Shown: positions 1-10,682, numbered from the stretch's first letter. The stretch: DNA of 64,000 nt from Candidatus Altimarinota bacterium (GCA_039809385.1 JBDHUY010000002.1:1-64000); one strand, 5' to 3'. Numbers and translations are program-made. The notes: generated by a model from the sequence alone, not told the origin.

Positions 1-280
1 CAAGGCAGGAATCAAGAAGGGAGAAATGGAGAGGGGAGTGGGGAGAACGGAGAGGAAGCAGGGAGCTAACAGTTTATAGCTAACAGCCTACAGCAAGGCA
101 GGAATCAAGAAGGGAGAAATGAGGAGGGAGGAGCAGGCAGGCAGTTCACAGCTAACAGCTGACAGCCAGACAGGAATTGAGAAAAGAGAAGAATTCTGCA
201 AGGGCCAACAAATTTCCATGAATTTCTACAAACTTCCGTTTCTCTCTTGACTTTGAATTCTATATTCTTGATTCCCTTGT
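1..280. repeat. Stack of short-repeat families (purine heptamers, GCTAACA/GCTGACA heptamers, AATCAAG, AATTTCTACAAA core)
   Basis: 28-bp direct repeat CAAGGCAGGAATCAAGAAGGGAGAAATG at 1-28 and 94-121; core shared with the pilin-cluster spacers. Confidence 0.75.
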
Positions 281-390
281 TTCTCCTTTGCGTTTCCTGA
301 CCGCAGACTCTTTTTCGTCCTCTTTTTCTGGTTGTCTTGTTGTTTTTATAGTATACTACGCGCAGTGTCTTGATTTTGTGGCTTATTTTC

Positions 391-2304
391 ATGGAAATAC
401 AGTCATTGCTGCGAAAATCCGGGACCTATCTGCATGAAAAAGAGATTCAGCTCGTAGCAAAATCTTTCGAATTTGCGCAACATGCTCACGACGGACAATT
501 TTTGCGTTCGGGCAAAAAGTTCATCGTTCATCCGCTGCAGACAGCCATGATTTTGGCAGATCTCCACAGCGATGCAACCACAATCTGCGTAGGATTGCTC
601 CATAACATCCCTCAGTATACTTCTCAGGGGACGGTATCAGTAAAACGAGCATTCGGTTCGGAAATTGCAAGCATGGTCGACGAAGTAGGAGCCTTATCTA
701 AAATCCGCTACTACGAGGGGATGAGCGAGGAACAGCTGGATCTCATGCGCAAGATAGCTCTTACCATGACAAGGGATTCCCGTCCGTTAATCGTAAAAAT
801 GGCTTCACGACTCCATCTCATGCAGAGTTGGGATTACGTTTCGGAAGAAGCCAGACATAGGATTGCACTTGAGTCTCTCGAAATTTATGCCGTTCTGGCA
901 CACCTCTTGGGGATATGGAACCTGCGCTGGCAACTCGAAGATATCAGTTTTTTATACCTGCATCCTCAAGAATATAAGGATATTCAGTCGCAATTTCTCG
1001 CGCTTAAGCAGATTCGCCACCAGTATATTCAGCAGGTTACCAGGAAGACCCAAAAAGAGCTTAAAAAACTTCAAATTCGCTGTCTGCTGGAGGGGCGTTT
1101 TAAACATTTCTACAGTATTTACAAAAAACTTCATACGAAACAGAAAGAGTTTGACGAAATCTACGATGTTTTCGCATTACGGGTTATCGTCGACTCTGTG
1201 GACGAATGTTATCGTGTGTTGGGGCTGATACACGGACTTTTTCGCCCGGTACTGGGGCGGCTCAAAGATTATATCGGCGCGCCGAAAGAAAACGGGTACC
1301 GCAGTATTCACACCACGGTTTACGGTCCGGAAAACCACCCTGTCGAGTTTCAAATCCGGACGCATCAGATGCATGAAGAGGCGATGTATGGTGCTGCCGC
1401 TCACTGGTTATATAAAAAAAACGTTTCCCGGTTGTCACCTTTGACCGTATGGGTAAAGGAGATTTTTCATTTTCGCAAAGACGAGGCTCAGCAGGAATTT
1501 GTCTGGAGCAAGCGTTTGAATATTTTACCCGGACGTATCTTCGTTTTTTCTCCCAAACGCGATATTCTCGAGCTACCGGAGGGATCTACTCCGCTCGACT
1601 TTGCCTATTCGGTTCATAGCAATCTGGGACATCAGTGTATGGGAGCGATTGTCAATCATAGAGAAGTGACGCTGGATTACCCGCTAAAAACCGGAGATAC
1701 GGTTAATATCGTACGAGGAGAATATGAAAATCCTAACCCGAAATGGCTGAGTATTGTCAGGACGACCAAAGCGAAAGAGTATATCCATGACTGGCTGGCT
1801 CTTAATCAAGAAGATCAGGAAATACGTCAGGGTAGACTTATATTGCAAAAAGAGATTAACCGCTATGTCGGACGGGACCTTCGGCATGCACTTGAGGCTA
1901 TACTTGACAGATTTCCTTCTTTTAAAACCGCTGAGGAATTGTACCGTGCGATTTTTCGTCAATCCGTTACCCCCTACATGTTGTTATCCCGATCGTATTC
2001 CGAAATGGTTTTGTTGGGATCCCACCATGTTCTGATGCGCTTTTCGGCCGATAAGCAGGGTTTTTACCGGCATTCTACCGCTCTCTCTTTGCGTTTGCGC
2101 GGTGATCGCGAAATCGTTTTCAAAGTATTTGCCGCGCTCGCCGATTTTCCTCTTACGATAGAAACGGTCAGCAAAACGCTCGAACATTCGATCAATCGTA
2201 CCCTACTCAAAATCTCTTTACACATCGGAAAATTTCAGTTGCTCCATGCGGTTTGTACCGAACTGGAAAAAATTCCGGAGGTAGAGTCGATTACCAAATT
2301 GTAA
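391..2304 (+). CDS. Long RelA/SpoT homolog (HD-SYNTH-TGS-ACT), hydrolase motifs degenerate
   Basis: GRxKHxYSIYKK, RLKDYI, NGYRSIHT, EFQIRT..MH, AAHW.YK, TGS (STPLDFAY); HDxxED reads HNIPQY; ATG at 391. Confidence 0.92.
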   Translation: MEIQSLLRKSGTYLHEKEIQLVAKSFEFAQHAHDGQFLRSGKKFIVHPLQTAMILADLHSDATTICVGLLHNIPQYTSQGTVSVKRAFGSEIASMVDEVGALSKIRYYEGMSEEQLDLMRKIALTMTRDSRPLIVKMASRLHLMQSWDYVSEEARHRIALESLEIYAVLAHLLGIWNLRWQLEDISFLYLHPQEYKDIQSQFLALKQIRHQYIQQVTRKTQKELKKLQIRCLLEGRFKHFYSIYKKLHTKQKEFDEIYDVFALRVIVDSVDECYRVLGLIHGLFRPVLGRLKDYIGAPKENGYRSIHTTVYGPENHPVEFQIRTHQMHEEAMYGAAAHWLYKKNVSRLSPLTVWVKEIFHFRKDEAQQEFVWSKRLNILPGRIFVFSPKRDILELPEGSTPLDFAYSVHSNLGHQCMGAIVNHREVTLDYPLKTGDTVNIVRGEYENPNPKWLSIVRTTKAKEYIHDWLALNQEDQEIRQGRLILQKEINRYVGRDLRHALEAILDRFPSFKTAEELYRAIFRQSVTPYMLLSRSYSEMVLLGSHHVLMRFSADKQGFYRHSTALSLRLRGDREIVFKVFAALADFPLTIETVSKTLEHSINRTLLKISLHIGKFQLLHAVCTELEKIPEVESITKL

Positions 2305-2314
2305 CTTTGTTTTT

Positions 2315-3301
2315 ATGGTGGCTCAGCGCCGCGTACAAAATATTGTATTGCATAACAAGATAAATGAGGATTCTCTTCAGCGGGAATTTTTGGCCTCTTT
2401 GCAGAATCGCAAAATCGATTCCAAATTTCTGTACTGGGGGCGGATTGGTACGGAGCGATGGCAGGCGTTGTGTCAGGATAAAAGTTATCTGTATTATCAG
2501 CGAGAGCTGGCACTCCTGAAAAAAGCTGCGGCTAAATTGTGTGACTCGGTTCATAGCGAACCGAATCGCCATTATAATCTGATTGCGCTCGGAATCGGCA
2601 ATGGCGATAAAGATCGGATAATTATTGAAAATTGCTATAAGAAAGGTCGTATCGGCTTTTTTCCGATCGATATCAGCGAAGATATGGTACGCGACGGTAT
2701 TGAGCAGATACCCATATCTTTGCTCGAAACTATGGAAGCGTACGTGGCCGATTTCTCGCAGCTCGATCTGGTGAATCAGGCTATCCGCTCAGCCAATTTT
2801 CCGAATAATTTTTTCCTTCTGCTCGGCAATTCGGTCATGAGTATTAACGAGCTCGACGTGTTTCGCCGCCTCAACAAAGGTATGAGCGCGGGCGATTATC
2901 TCCTGCTCGGGGTGCTGCTGCACGATCCAAACGACGTTCAGTCGATCAGCCGCCTTCTGGAAATGTATACTACGCCGGTTTTTCAAAACTTTATACTTTC
3001 GCCGCTCGAACGAATCGGTATCTCTTCTGCCGACGGAAACATCGAGGCCGAATACGGAACAAATCGTTTTTTCCCTCAGATCTATACGATCGAAGTATTT
3101 TTCTCCTGTAAAAAAAATATTACCTGTAACTACTTCCAGCAAGAGATCTCCTTACTCAAAGGCGAACGGATACGTCTTTTCCAGTCGCATCTTTATCCGG
3201 AGGGGAGTATGCAGGAAGTTTTGGAAGGCACCGGTTTTCGTATCGTGGATCATTTCTCTTCGACCGATAAACTGGCCGGCCTGTTTCTTTGCACCAAATA
3301 A
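2315..3301 (+). CDS. EgtD-like (L-histidine N-alpha) SAM methyltransferase
   Basis: SKFLYW, YYQRE..LL, ALGIGNGDK, PIDIS, ADF, LLGNS motifs parallel EgtD. Confidence 0.75.
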   Translation: MVAQRRVQNIVLHNKINEDSLQREFLASLQNRKIDSKFLYWGRIGTERWQALCQDKSYLYYQRELALLKKAAAKLCDSVHSEPNRHYNLIALGIGNGDKDRIIIENCYKKGRIGFFPIDISEDMVRDGIEQIPISLLETMEAYVADFSQLDLVNQAIRSANFPNNFFLLLGNSVMSINELDVFRRLNKGMSAGDYLLLGVLLHDPNDVQSISRLLEMYTTPVFQNFILSPLERIGISSADGNIEAEYGTNRFFPQIYTIEVFFSCKKNITCNYFQQEISLLKGERIRLFQSHLYPEGSMQEVLEGTGFRIVDHFSSTDKLAGLFLCTK

Positions 3302-3392
3302 TTCATTTATTACTAACGTCATAGATGCCGAATATTGCTTTTTACAATACTCTGATCATACAGGTTCGTTTGTTTGCTTGAGAAGAAGTTTG

Positions 3393-4112
3393 TTATGCCG
3401 ATACAAGAGTAGTTATGAAAAGCTTTGTCTCCGGCCCCCGAGAGTTATTTTTGTACGCCGCGACATGTTCAAGCGCGGTGCTGGCTTGTAAAAAACGGCG
3501 TAGCGAAAAACCATGAGGCAGTTTTGGATGAGCGACAGGCGTATGTCCGCAGTGGCGTAGTTGTTCTACTAAATCAAGAAAAAGTTGGCGGTATTTTTTC
3601 GGTATGCGCAGTTCCTGTTGCAGACAGATCGGCAGTAAGAAACCTGATGTGTCCTGTTTCAGTCGTTCCTGCCTTTCGGAAGGCAGCGTCTTCATCGTTG
3701 TCAAATTATGCAGTCGATCGAAAAGCTTGATAAAAATAAGCAGGGGATCGCGCTGTACCGCCTGATCGAATTCGCTATAATAACGGATTTTGCGGTCGGT
3801 ACGTGTCAGATCGCTGGTTTTATGATAATCGGTCATGGCATTTACCAGAAAAGCTACTTTTCTGCCAAAGCGTTCTTCCAGATCGATTACTCTAAAAACG
3901 GTGTCTTCTACCACGTCGTGTAAGACCGCCGCGATGCAGTAAGCCAAGGGAAAACCATGTCCGCATAATTGCTGCATGACCCAGATCGGATGTGAGACGT
4001 AGGTCTCGCCGCTGTGACGTTTTTGACCACGGTGGGCCCGGATGGCAAATTCAACCGCCCGCGCGAGTCGGATATGTTTTCCCTGTAAAAGGGTGCGTAG
4101 TTCTTTTTCCAT
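3393..4112 (-). CDS. Stand-alone HD-domain (p)ppGpp hydrolase-like protein (SAH)
   Basis: AHRGQKR.SGETY..HP, LHDVVEDT, IKLFDRLHN intact; start MEKEL inferred. Confidence 0.85.
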   Translation of the reverse strand: MEKELRTLLQGKHIRLARAVEFAIRAHRGQKRHSGETYVSHPIWVMQQLCGHGFPLAYCIAAVLHDVVEDTVFRVIDLEERFGRKVAFLVNAMTDYHKTSDLTRTDRKIRYYSEFDQAVQRDPLLIFIKLFDRLHNLTTMKTLPSERQERLKQDTSGFLLPICLQQELRIPKKYRQLFLDLVEQLRHCGHTPVAHPKLPHGFSLRRFLQASTALEHVAAYKNNSRGPETKLFITTLVSA

Positions 4113-4331
4113 AGAAGATTGTACGAAGTAAAACATCCGCACTCTAAAAGAAGCCCTTGCGGACAACTACTGAAAAAAATAAGACAACCATTGATTGAGA
4201 TGGCTAAATCGCCAAAAATGCATGTCAAATCTTCACCGCATTCGTACAGATGTGTCTGTTCACAAAAAGAGCTACCGCCGATACCGTGGATAACTCTTTT
4301 TGTACAATACCTCTTCCAGTGTATATGGGCT

Positions 4332-7001
4332 TTAACTTCGATTGGAACGGCTCCTCAGAATCTGATAGATGGCTACGACAACTTCTTTACGCGTCATTAG
4401 CCGGGAAGGATCCAATTGGGTCAAACTTCTCTCGGGCAATAGATTATATTTTTGTGCGATTCCCGCATAGCGGGCAAACCATATGTTTCCTGGTACATCC
4501 GTATAGGAGTACGAGAGGTTTTGTTCCAGATCGAATGTTATTGTCAGCATTTTCAGGAATTCGGCCGTATTGATATTTTTTTCGGGGCCAAAGGTTCCAT
4601 CCGGGTATCCGGTGACCAGTCCGTTCCCATAGGCAGCCATGACATACTTTGCATACCACGTTCCCGCTACGATGTCTTTAAATTTCGAAATATTGTACTG
4701 AAATATCAAGCCGGTTCGTCCCACCAGGATTTTTGCGACTTCGGCCCGATTGATCTTTTTCGATCCGTCGAACATGTTTCCGGCGTACCCCTGGAGAATA
4801 CCGCGTCGAAAAAGTTCCAATGCCCCGTCTCCTTCCAGCGTTCCCAGCGTTGTATCGGTGAAAGGATTGGTATAATGGTATGAGTCTAAAACCGGAGTAG
4901 CATAATCCCGGGCCGGGGGGACATCCGATAAGGGACTATACACCTGCACGATCTTTTCATATTCTTCACTCAGGTTGCCGGAGCTATCCTGTATGATAAA
5001 TCGCAGATGATACGAGCCGACGTTTGCAAAACTATGAGATACCTGATTCGATGTCCCGGAAAAAAATTCCCGACGTTCCTCAATATTCAATTCCAGATTA
5101 GTTCGGTATGAATCTTCCCAGAACACTTCGTATATATAGCCATTGGTTCCGCCGCCGGCTGATGCTGGAACGATGGTCCAGCTTCCTGTTTCGCCGAGGA
5201 GGAGTTTATCCGGTCCTTCCACTGTCTGAATGACCGGTTTTAAAGCACTATTCTCGTTGCTGTTGAGATTTGCATTACTGTTTTGTCCGGAAGAATTGGT
5301 ATTGCCATTTCCGTTACTGTTGTTGTTTCCATTGGCGTTATTGTTTGCCGGCGCGGTTTGATTCGGATCAAAGGAGAGCGAGCGTCCGGTTATCGGAAAA
5401 TTACCGGTAGTATCCGAAGCAGTTGAACGGCTGGAATTTTTGTCTTCCAGCTCAAAGGTATATGTTACTGGTGTGACTTCTCGATCTTTGAAAGATGCAA
5501 CCAATTGAATGGACTGCGTATTTATGATACTCAGGGGGGACAACAACGGAAACGTATATACTCCCGCACCGTTGAATCTAACGCCATCGCTGAGTATTTC
5601 TCCGTTTTCGCTTTCCAGACGTAAACTGTCTAACAGCTGCGGTGAAGCGCTTGATTGTACCCGGAAACTGAGTTGGTAAAGGTTCACGTTTTTCGAGCCC
5701 GCCGAGCTCAATAGTCCTTTCCAAACGACCGCTTTTCCGCTGTCTGTATTGGCCAGGATCAAGTTTTCCAAGGCGACCCTCTGAAAGTCCAGTATGGTCG
5801 TATTGGAAAAGGCATCATTGGATAATCCAACTGTGGACCCGGGAAGTTCCGAAAAAAGAGCGCCGTTCATCCAGTCATTGCTCGCGGGCGAGGTAAGACC
5901 GTGAGGAACAGCGCCGTTATCCGACCAGATGATCTTGGTTGTACCGGGAAATGCGCCGAACGGCTGCCGGATAAATCCGTTGGTTGCTTCTCCCGCCAAA
6001 CGGGTACTGATACTTTTGGCTGTCGAGTTCAATTCTTTGACATCGGCCTTGAGCACAAACCATTTTATGTCGTTCTGACCGATTGTTTCTCCGTTCTGCG
6101 GTGCGTTACGGTCCAGGTTCAGCGAGACAGTTCCGCTGGAAGCGAGTGCCGGCTGGGTCAGGTTCAATGGGGTCGAAGAACGATTCTGGTCGTAGAGCGT
6201 AATGTTGGAGAGCTGGGTATTATTCAAATGTATATCGAAACTCAAACGGGCTATTTCGCTATCGTCGCACCCCTGGTTGAGAATGCCGAAACGGAATATT
6301 TCCAGCTGCGAAGCCGGAATAACGGTATTGGAAGCGAGATCTTGTTCCAGAAAGAGCAACCGGTTTCCTACGAGCGCGAAATCATCCGATTCTCCCCGTA
6401 CCAAACCCGGTACGATCTCCTGGCCGTTCACAACAAAGATCGCCCGAATCCCCTGAGTGGTTCCGGAAACAAAATTGCCTGGATTATTGGGATCGATGGT
6501 TCCTCCGGCTGCTGCTTCGGGAATAGTTGCCAGATGGAGTCTTGCTCCCAGTTGATCGCGATCATAAGTTTCATGAAAACGTACCGAGACGGTCGCGGTA
6601 ATCGATCCGTCACGGGGTACGATGAAAGCTCCCTCTCCCATACTGAAATGAACCAGACCGTTGCTTAACGTAGCGGTGGTTTTTCCGTTCCCGTAGTCCA
6701 AGACCAGCGCTTCGATCAGGCTGTCGGCTTCTCCGCTGACACGGTTTGTAGCTGGATCGATATTTACCAGGTAAAGATCTCGCACCTCTATATCCGAAAG
6801 ATCGGCTGACAGTTTCAGTCGGAAAACCGGAGATTCGGCACTGCAAACGGAAATTGTCCGGTCGGAAGGCGTGCCGTTGTCACGGTCAACTACCAAACGG
6901 GTTGCGGCATGTACCACCGGAATTCCCGAATAAGCCCCAAAAAACGAAGTAGCAGCTATTGTCAGAGCCGTCAATCCTGTCCAAAATTTTCTTGATCGCA
7001 T
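4332..7001 (-). CDS. Large secreted S-layer homology (SLH) protein
   Basis: Signal peptide, Ig-like beta-rich body, Asn-rich linker, three C-terminal SLH repeats (INRAE, GYPDGTF.P, MTRKE). Confidence 0.85.
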   Translation of the reverse strand: MRSRKFWTGLTALTIAATSFFGAYSGIPVVHAATRLVVDRDNGTPSDRTISVCSAESPVFRLKLSADLSDIEVRDLYLVNIDPATNRVSGEADSLIEALVLDYGNGKTTATLSNGLVHFSMGEGAFIVPRDGSITATVSVRFHETYDRDQLGARLHLATIPEAAAGGTIDPNNPGNFVSGTTQGIRAIFVVNGQEIVPGLVRGESDDFALVGNRLLFLEQDLASNTVIPASQLEIFRFGILNQGCDDSEIARLSFDIHLNNTQLSNITLYDQNRSSTPLNLTQPALASSGTVSLNLDRNAPQNGETIGQNDIKWFVLKADVKELNSTAKSISTRLAGEATNGFIRQPFGAFPGTTKIIWSDNGAVPHGLTSPASNDWMNGALFSELPGSTVGLSNDAFSNTTILDFQRVALENLILANTDSGKAVVWKGLLSSAGSKNVNLYQLSFRVQSSASPQLLDSLRLESENGEILSDGVRFNGAGVYTFPLLSPLSIINTQSIQLVASFKDREVTPVTYTFELEDKNSSRSTASDTTGNFPITGRSLSFDPNQTAPANNNANGNNNSNGNGNTNSSGQNSNANLNSNENSALKPVIQTVEGPDKLLLGETGSWTIVPASAGGGTNGYIYEVFWEDSYRTNLELNIEERREFFSGTSNQVSHSFANVGSYHLRFIIQDSSGNLSEEYEKIVQVYSPLSDVPPARDYATPVLDSYHYTNPFTDTTLGTLEGDGALELFRRGILQGYAGNMFDGSKKINRAEVAKILVGRTGLIFQYNISKFKDIVAGTWYAKYVMAAYGNGLVTGYPDGTFGPEKNINTAEFLKMLTITFDLEQNLSYSYTDVPGNIWFARYAGIAQKYNLLPERSLTQLDPSRLMTRKEVVVAIYQILRSRSNRS

Positions 7002-7306
7002 AGGATAAAAAGATGAAGTAATAAAGTTGAAAGTTTGTATCGGAGCTTTCTATATGAAAACAATGCGGTAAGCATAGTTGGAGTTTCTTCTATGTTGTCT
7101 ATTCTTTTGCAGATACGAAGATATCTTTTGTAAAACTGATTTTACATTACTCTGTTTTGAAAAAAAATCAATTCTGCGCTAGACTCTTTTTCAGCTATGC
7201 GTATTTCACCAGTCTGCAGGTATACTCTATAACGCTTTCACCATCGCTCATGTTACAAATCCTGTAAAAGAGAGCGCACATCTTATTTGTTCTGAATCTC
7301 CTTGCA

Positions 7307-8386
7307 ATGGATTATATCTGGATTTTTCTTCTGGCATTTCTGACGAGTTTTCTGCTTTCCAAGCTGGTTATCTTTCTTTTTCCGCGGATCGGTTTGATGG
7401 ATCGTCCGCAAAAATACGGACACAACCGTCCGCCTATCCCGTATCCTGCCGGAGCGGTTCTGTATGCTACGTTTGTTATTTTTTTGCTGATTTTGTCGGC
7501 GTGGGATGCTAAGACGATCGCTTTTGTTAGTGCGGTTACTCTGTTGTTTGTCGTGAGTTTTTGGGATGACCGCCGGGGAATCTCTCCGCTAGTACGACTC
7601 TCCATCCAGATATGCGCCGCGCTTATTATGGTTTTGGCAGGCGTCTCTGTTATTGGCGTGAGCAACCCTTTTGGTACCGGAAGTCTCTTACTAGAACAGT
7701 GGAACTGGGATATCGTTTTTCCGTTTTTTTCTCAAAATATTTCCCTTCTGTCTACGATTATTACCGTTGTGTGGATCGTTCTGTTTATCAATACGCTCAA
7801 CTGGCTGGACGAACCCGGTATCGTAGGCGGGGTGGCCGGGATCAGTTTTTTTATCATTTTTTTACTGAGTCTCACGCTGGCTTTGAGGACGAATGTCGGG
7901 GTAGACGAGATTCGCAATGCCGATATGATCGCGCGGCTCGCTATCGTGGGAGTGGGTATGTGTGCGGCTTTCTTGCTCTTTAATTTTCCGCCAGCCAAGG
8001 TTCTGATGGGTGACAGCGGCAGTATTGTACTCGGATTTATTCTGGCCATTCTGGCGATTTATTCGGGAAGTAAAATCGCGACCACGTTTCTGGTGCTGGG
8101 CTTTCCGGTGCTCGATGCTGTCGTCGTCATCGGACGGAGGATATTGCAGGGAAAATCGCCGCTCAAAGGCGATTTCAGTCATTTTCACCACCGGCTGGTG
8201 CGGATCGGTTTTTCCGAACGCGGTATGGTCATGACAATTTACCTTATTTGTCTGATTTTCGGGATGCTGGCGCTTTTTCTGGGAACACAGGGAAAGATTG
8301 TGGCGATTATTCTGATGATTCTGGTTTCGATCCTGATCGAATATCTGGTCTTTTATCAGGAAAAGAGAAATCAGAAGCCGCTTTGA
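7307..8386 (+). CDS. WecA/TagO/MraY-family polyprenyl-phosphate GlcNAc-1-P transferase
   Basis: WDD, NTLNWLD, FNFPPAKVLMGDSGS, DFSHFHH; multi-TM. Confidence 0.9.
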   Translation: MDYIWIFLLAFLTSFLLSKLVIFLFPRIGLMDRPQKYGHNRPPIPYPAGAVLYATFVIFLLILSAWDAKTIAFVSAVTLLFVVSFWDDRRGISPLVRLSIQICAALIMVLAGVSVIGVSNPFGTGSLLLEQWNWDIVFPFFSQNISLLSTIITVVWIVLFINTLNWLDEPGIVGGVAGISFFIIFLLSLTLALRTNVGVDEIRNADMIARLAIVGVGMCAAFLLFNFPPAKVLMGDSGSIVLGFILAILAIYSGSKIATTFLVLGFPVLDAVVVIGRRILQGKSPLKGDFSHFHHRLVRIGFSERGMVMTIYLICLIFGMLALFLGTQGKIVAIILMILVSILIEYLVFYQEKRNQKPL

Positions 8387-8433
8387 TTGTTTGGCCCCCG
8401 GCCATATGGTATACTATACAGAATAGCTTTTTT

Positions 8434-9147
8434 ATGGTGCTAAAAAAATACCTGCTTTCGGGAATGTTGCTGTCGGCTTTCTTTCTGGCGAACCTGTCCT
8501 GGATTCATCCCGCCTTTGCAGAGACATCGGGTACGCCCGGGGCTGCTTCCTCAGGCACAACCGACAACTCTTCCAATCAGGAGTTGAGGGAAAAACTTCT
8601 CAAACCGATCAATACCTGTACTGTGTTACCGGGAAGTCTGGGATGTCCGGTGAAGAATGCCAATGGTTCCAGCAATACTACCAATGCCGCGAAGCCCAAG
8701 TCTTTGGATGATTTTGTCAGTACGATCATTGGAATTATGTTGAAATTTCTGGCTTCGGTCGGTATCGCCGTGGCGATGTACGGCGGGGTTCGCGCCATGA
8801 CTGGCGGGGGCGATGTGGCTATGAAAAAGGGGGTCAGTGCTCTGACCAGCGCGGTGATCGGTATTATTTTGGTGTTGATCTCCTATACGGCGATTACGTT
8901 TGTGCAGAGCGTGATCAGCGGGGTAGGAGGCGAATCCGTTTCTTCTTCCTCGAATGCTTCATCCGGTTCCGGAAAGGCTCCGGCCGAGGGAACATCACCA
9001 ACCGCTACCCCCTCCACGTCTAATCCGAATTCTCCTTCAAATACTCTTCCTCCCGATATTATTGATTCTCCGACTCCCGGACGTCCCAATCCTTTCCCGA
9101 GCCCTAATCCCAATGATAGCGGTGTGCCAGGGACACAAAATGGTTGA
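8434..9147 (+). CDS. CPR pilin-like (VirB2/T4SS_pilin) protein with Pro/Ser-rich tail
   Basis: Signal peptide, Cys pair, TM-GG...K.K-TM hairpin; start ATG 8434. Confidence 0.7.
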   Translation: MVLKKYLLSGMLLSAFFLANLSWIHPAFAETSGTPGAASSGTTDNSSNQELREKLLKPINTCTVLPGSLGCPVKNANGSSNTTNAAKPKSLDDFVSTIIGIMLKFLASVGIAVAMYGGVRAMTGGGDVAMKKGVSALTSAVIGIILVLISYTAITFVQSVISGVGGESVSSSSNASSGSGKAPAEGTSPTATPSTSNPNSPSNTLPPDIIDSPTPGRPNPFPSPNPNDSGVPGTQNG

Positions 9148-9206
9148 TGCTGTTATAATTGTGTATATATAAACTTTTTTATCTTTCTTGTGAATCCAGT
9201 GACATT

Positions 9207-9920
9207 ATGAGGCGTCATCATTCTTCTATCATAAATGCCTATTTGAAAGCTTTGTTGTTAAAAAACATGCTCCCGCGGAAGGTAAGTATTATGAGATTTT
9301 ATCAATATTCTATCATAAATGGCTATTTCAAAACCTTCTTGTTGAAAGTTATGGTTATTGTTTTCATTATCTCATTGAGTGTTCCCATATCTTTTGTTTT
9401 TGCCGATACTGCTTCTCCTACGAAAAAAACCGGCCTTGATCCACGTTCCTCTACATCTTCTGTCTCTGCCAAAACCCCCTGCGAGATATGGAGTCAGTCT
9501 TTGCCCAAAGATAAGAAAGAGACGCGTGTGTGTACCGATTTGTACGAGGGGTTGCCTTTGGCTGTTTTGGAAAAAGAGGACGATTGTGTCAAAGAAGGGA
9601 TAGGAAGACGCAATCCTCAAACCGGCAAAATCGAGGAAGCTGGCGAAAAAGACCGAATTTGTTATGCGCTCTTAACCAGCAGCGGTATCAGCGGATTCCA
9701 GGCCTTTATCGGTACGATCTACCGATTTGCTTCCTTGGCTATCGGGATCGTGGGAGTTTTGATGATTATTGTCGCCGGTATCCAGATAACCATCGGCGGC
9801 GCGAGTCCCGATCAGGTAGCCAGCGGCAAAAAGCGTATTATCCAAATCATTGCCGGCATGGTGTTATTCTATTTGATCGGAGCTATTTTACGGGCGCTCA
9901 ACCCGAGCTTCTTTACGTAA
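9207..9920 (+). CDS. CPR pilin-like protein
   Basis: IIVAGIQITIGG...GKKRI.Q.IAG hairpin; Cys-rich N-domain; start 9207 or 9291. Confidence 0.75.
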   Translation: MRRHHSSIINAYLKALLLKNMLPRKVSIMRFYQYSIINGYFKTFLLKVMVIVFIISLSVPISFVFADTASPTKKTGLDPRSSTSSVSAKTPCEIWSQSLPKDKKETRVCTDLYEGLPLAVLEKEDDCVKEGIGRRNPQTGKIEEAGEKDRICYALLTSSGISGFQAFIGTIYRFASLAIGIVGVLMIIVAGIQITIGGASPDQVASGKKRIIQIIAGMVLFYLIGAILRALNPSFFT

Positions 9921-9929
9921 GAGCGGAGG

Positions 9930-10200
9930 GCTCTTCCTCTTCGCTATCGCTCAGAGTCAGAGTGACGGTACAAGTAGCTAACAGCCGACAGCTTACGGCT
10001 TACAGTAAAATAAGAATATGGAATTTAGACGCTAGAATCGAGAAGTGAGAGATCGTATGCTGAGAAACGAAAAACATCTGTCAGTGACAATAAATTTCTC
10101 CCGATATCCACCAATTTCTACAAATTTCACCTCTTTCCTTGATTCCACATTCCATATTCTTGGTTCCAAGCTTTACGCACTTTTCACTTTGCATTTACCG
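9930..10200. repeat. Composite intergenic repeat element
   Basis: GCTAACA-type heptamers; 13-bp IR AAGAATATGGAAT/ATTCCATATTCTT; core ACAATAAATTTC...AATTTCTACAAATTTC. Confidence 0.7.
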
Positions 10201-10232
10201 ACCGCTTCACAGATTGTACGAACCTTTATACT

Positions 10233-10655
10233 ATGAACTTCTACTTCGCTTTCTCTCGGCTCAAAATAATACTGCTATTCAGCCTCTTTTCGAGCATAGC
10301 ATTGTATTCCCAAGTGTTTGCGCAGAGTAGCGGAAAGACAGCTCCAAAACCTAATTGCGGCGATACCGGTGGGACATACTTACCGGGGTGTAATAGCGGT
10401 ACGACGGATTTTGAGGGCATCAAAAACGATTTTATCCCCCGGGTTATAACGTACCTGGTCGGTATTATCGGCGTCGTGGCCGTCATCATGATTATGTATG
10501 GAGGCGTCGTGTATTTAACTTCTATGGGGGATGAAGCCAAGACGAAGAAAGCCAACAAGATTCTCTTTTATGCCATATTTGGTATTATTATATCGCTGCT
10601 TTCTTATATTGCCGTCCAGATCGTCGTGAATCTCCGGTTCGACAATTTAGGGTAA
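10233..10655 (+). CDS. CPR pilin-like protein
   Basis: IMYGGVVYLTSMGDEAKTKKANKILFYAIFG. Confidence 0.85.
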   Translation: MNFYFAFSRLKIILLFSLFSSIALYSQVFAQSSGKTAPKPNCGDTGGTYLPGCNSGTTDFEGIKNDFIPRVITYLVGIIGVVAVIMIMYGGVVYLTSMGDEAKTKKANKILFYAIFGIIISLLSYIAVQIVVNLRFDNLG

Positions 10656-10682
10656 AATTCGTAACTCCAAGTATCTTACATT

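Noticed and set aside
5255-5350. Asn-rich repeat in the SLH protein as a DGR or contingency locus
   Set aside because: Ordinary low-complexity linker; no template repeat or reverse transcriptase in the window
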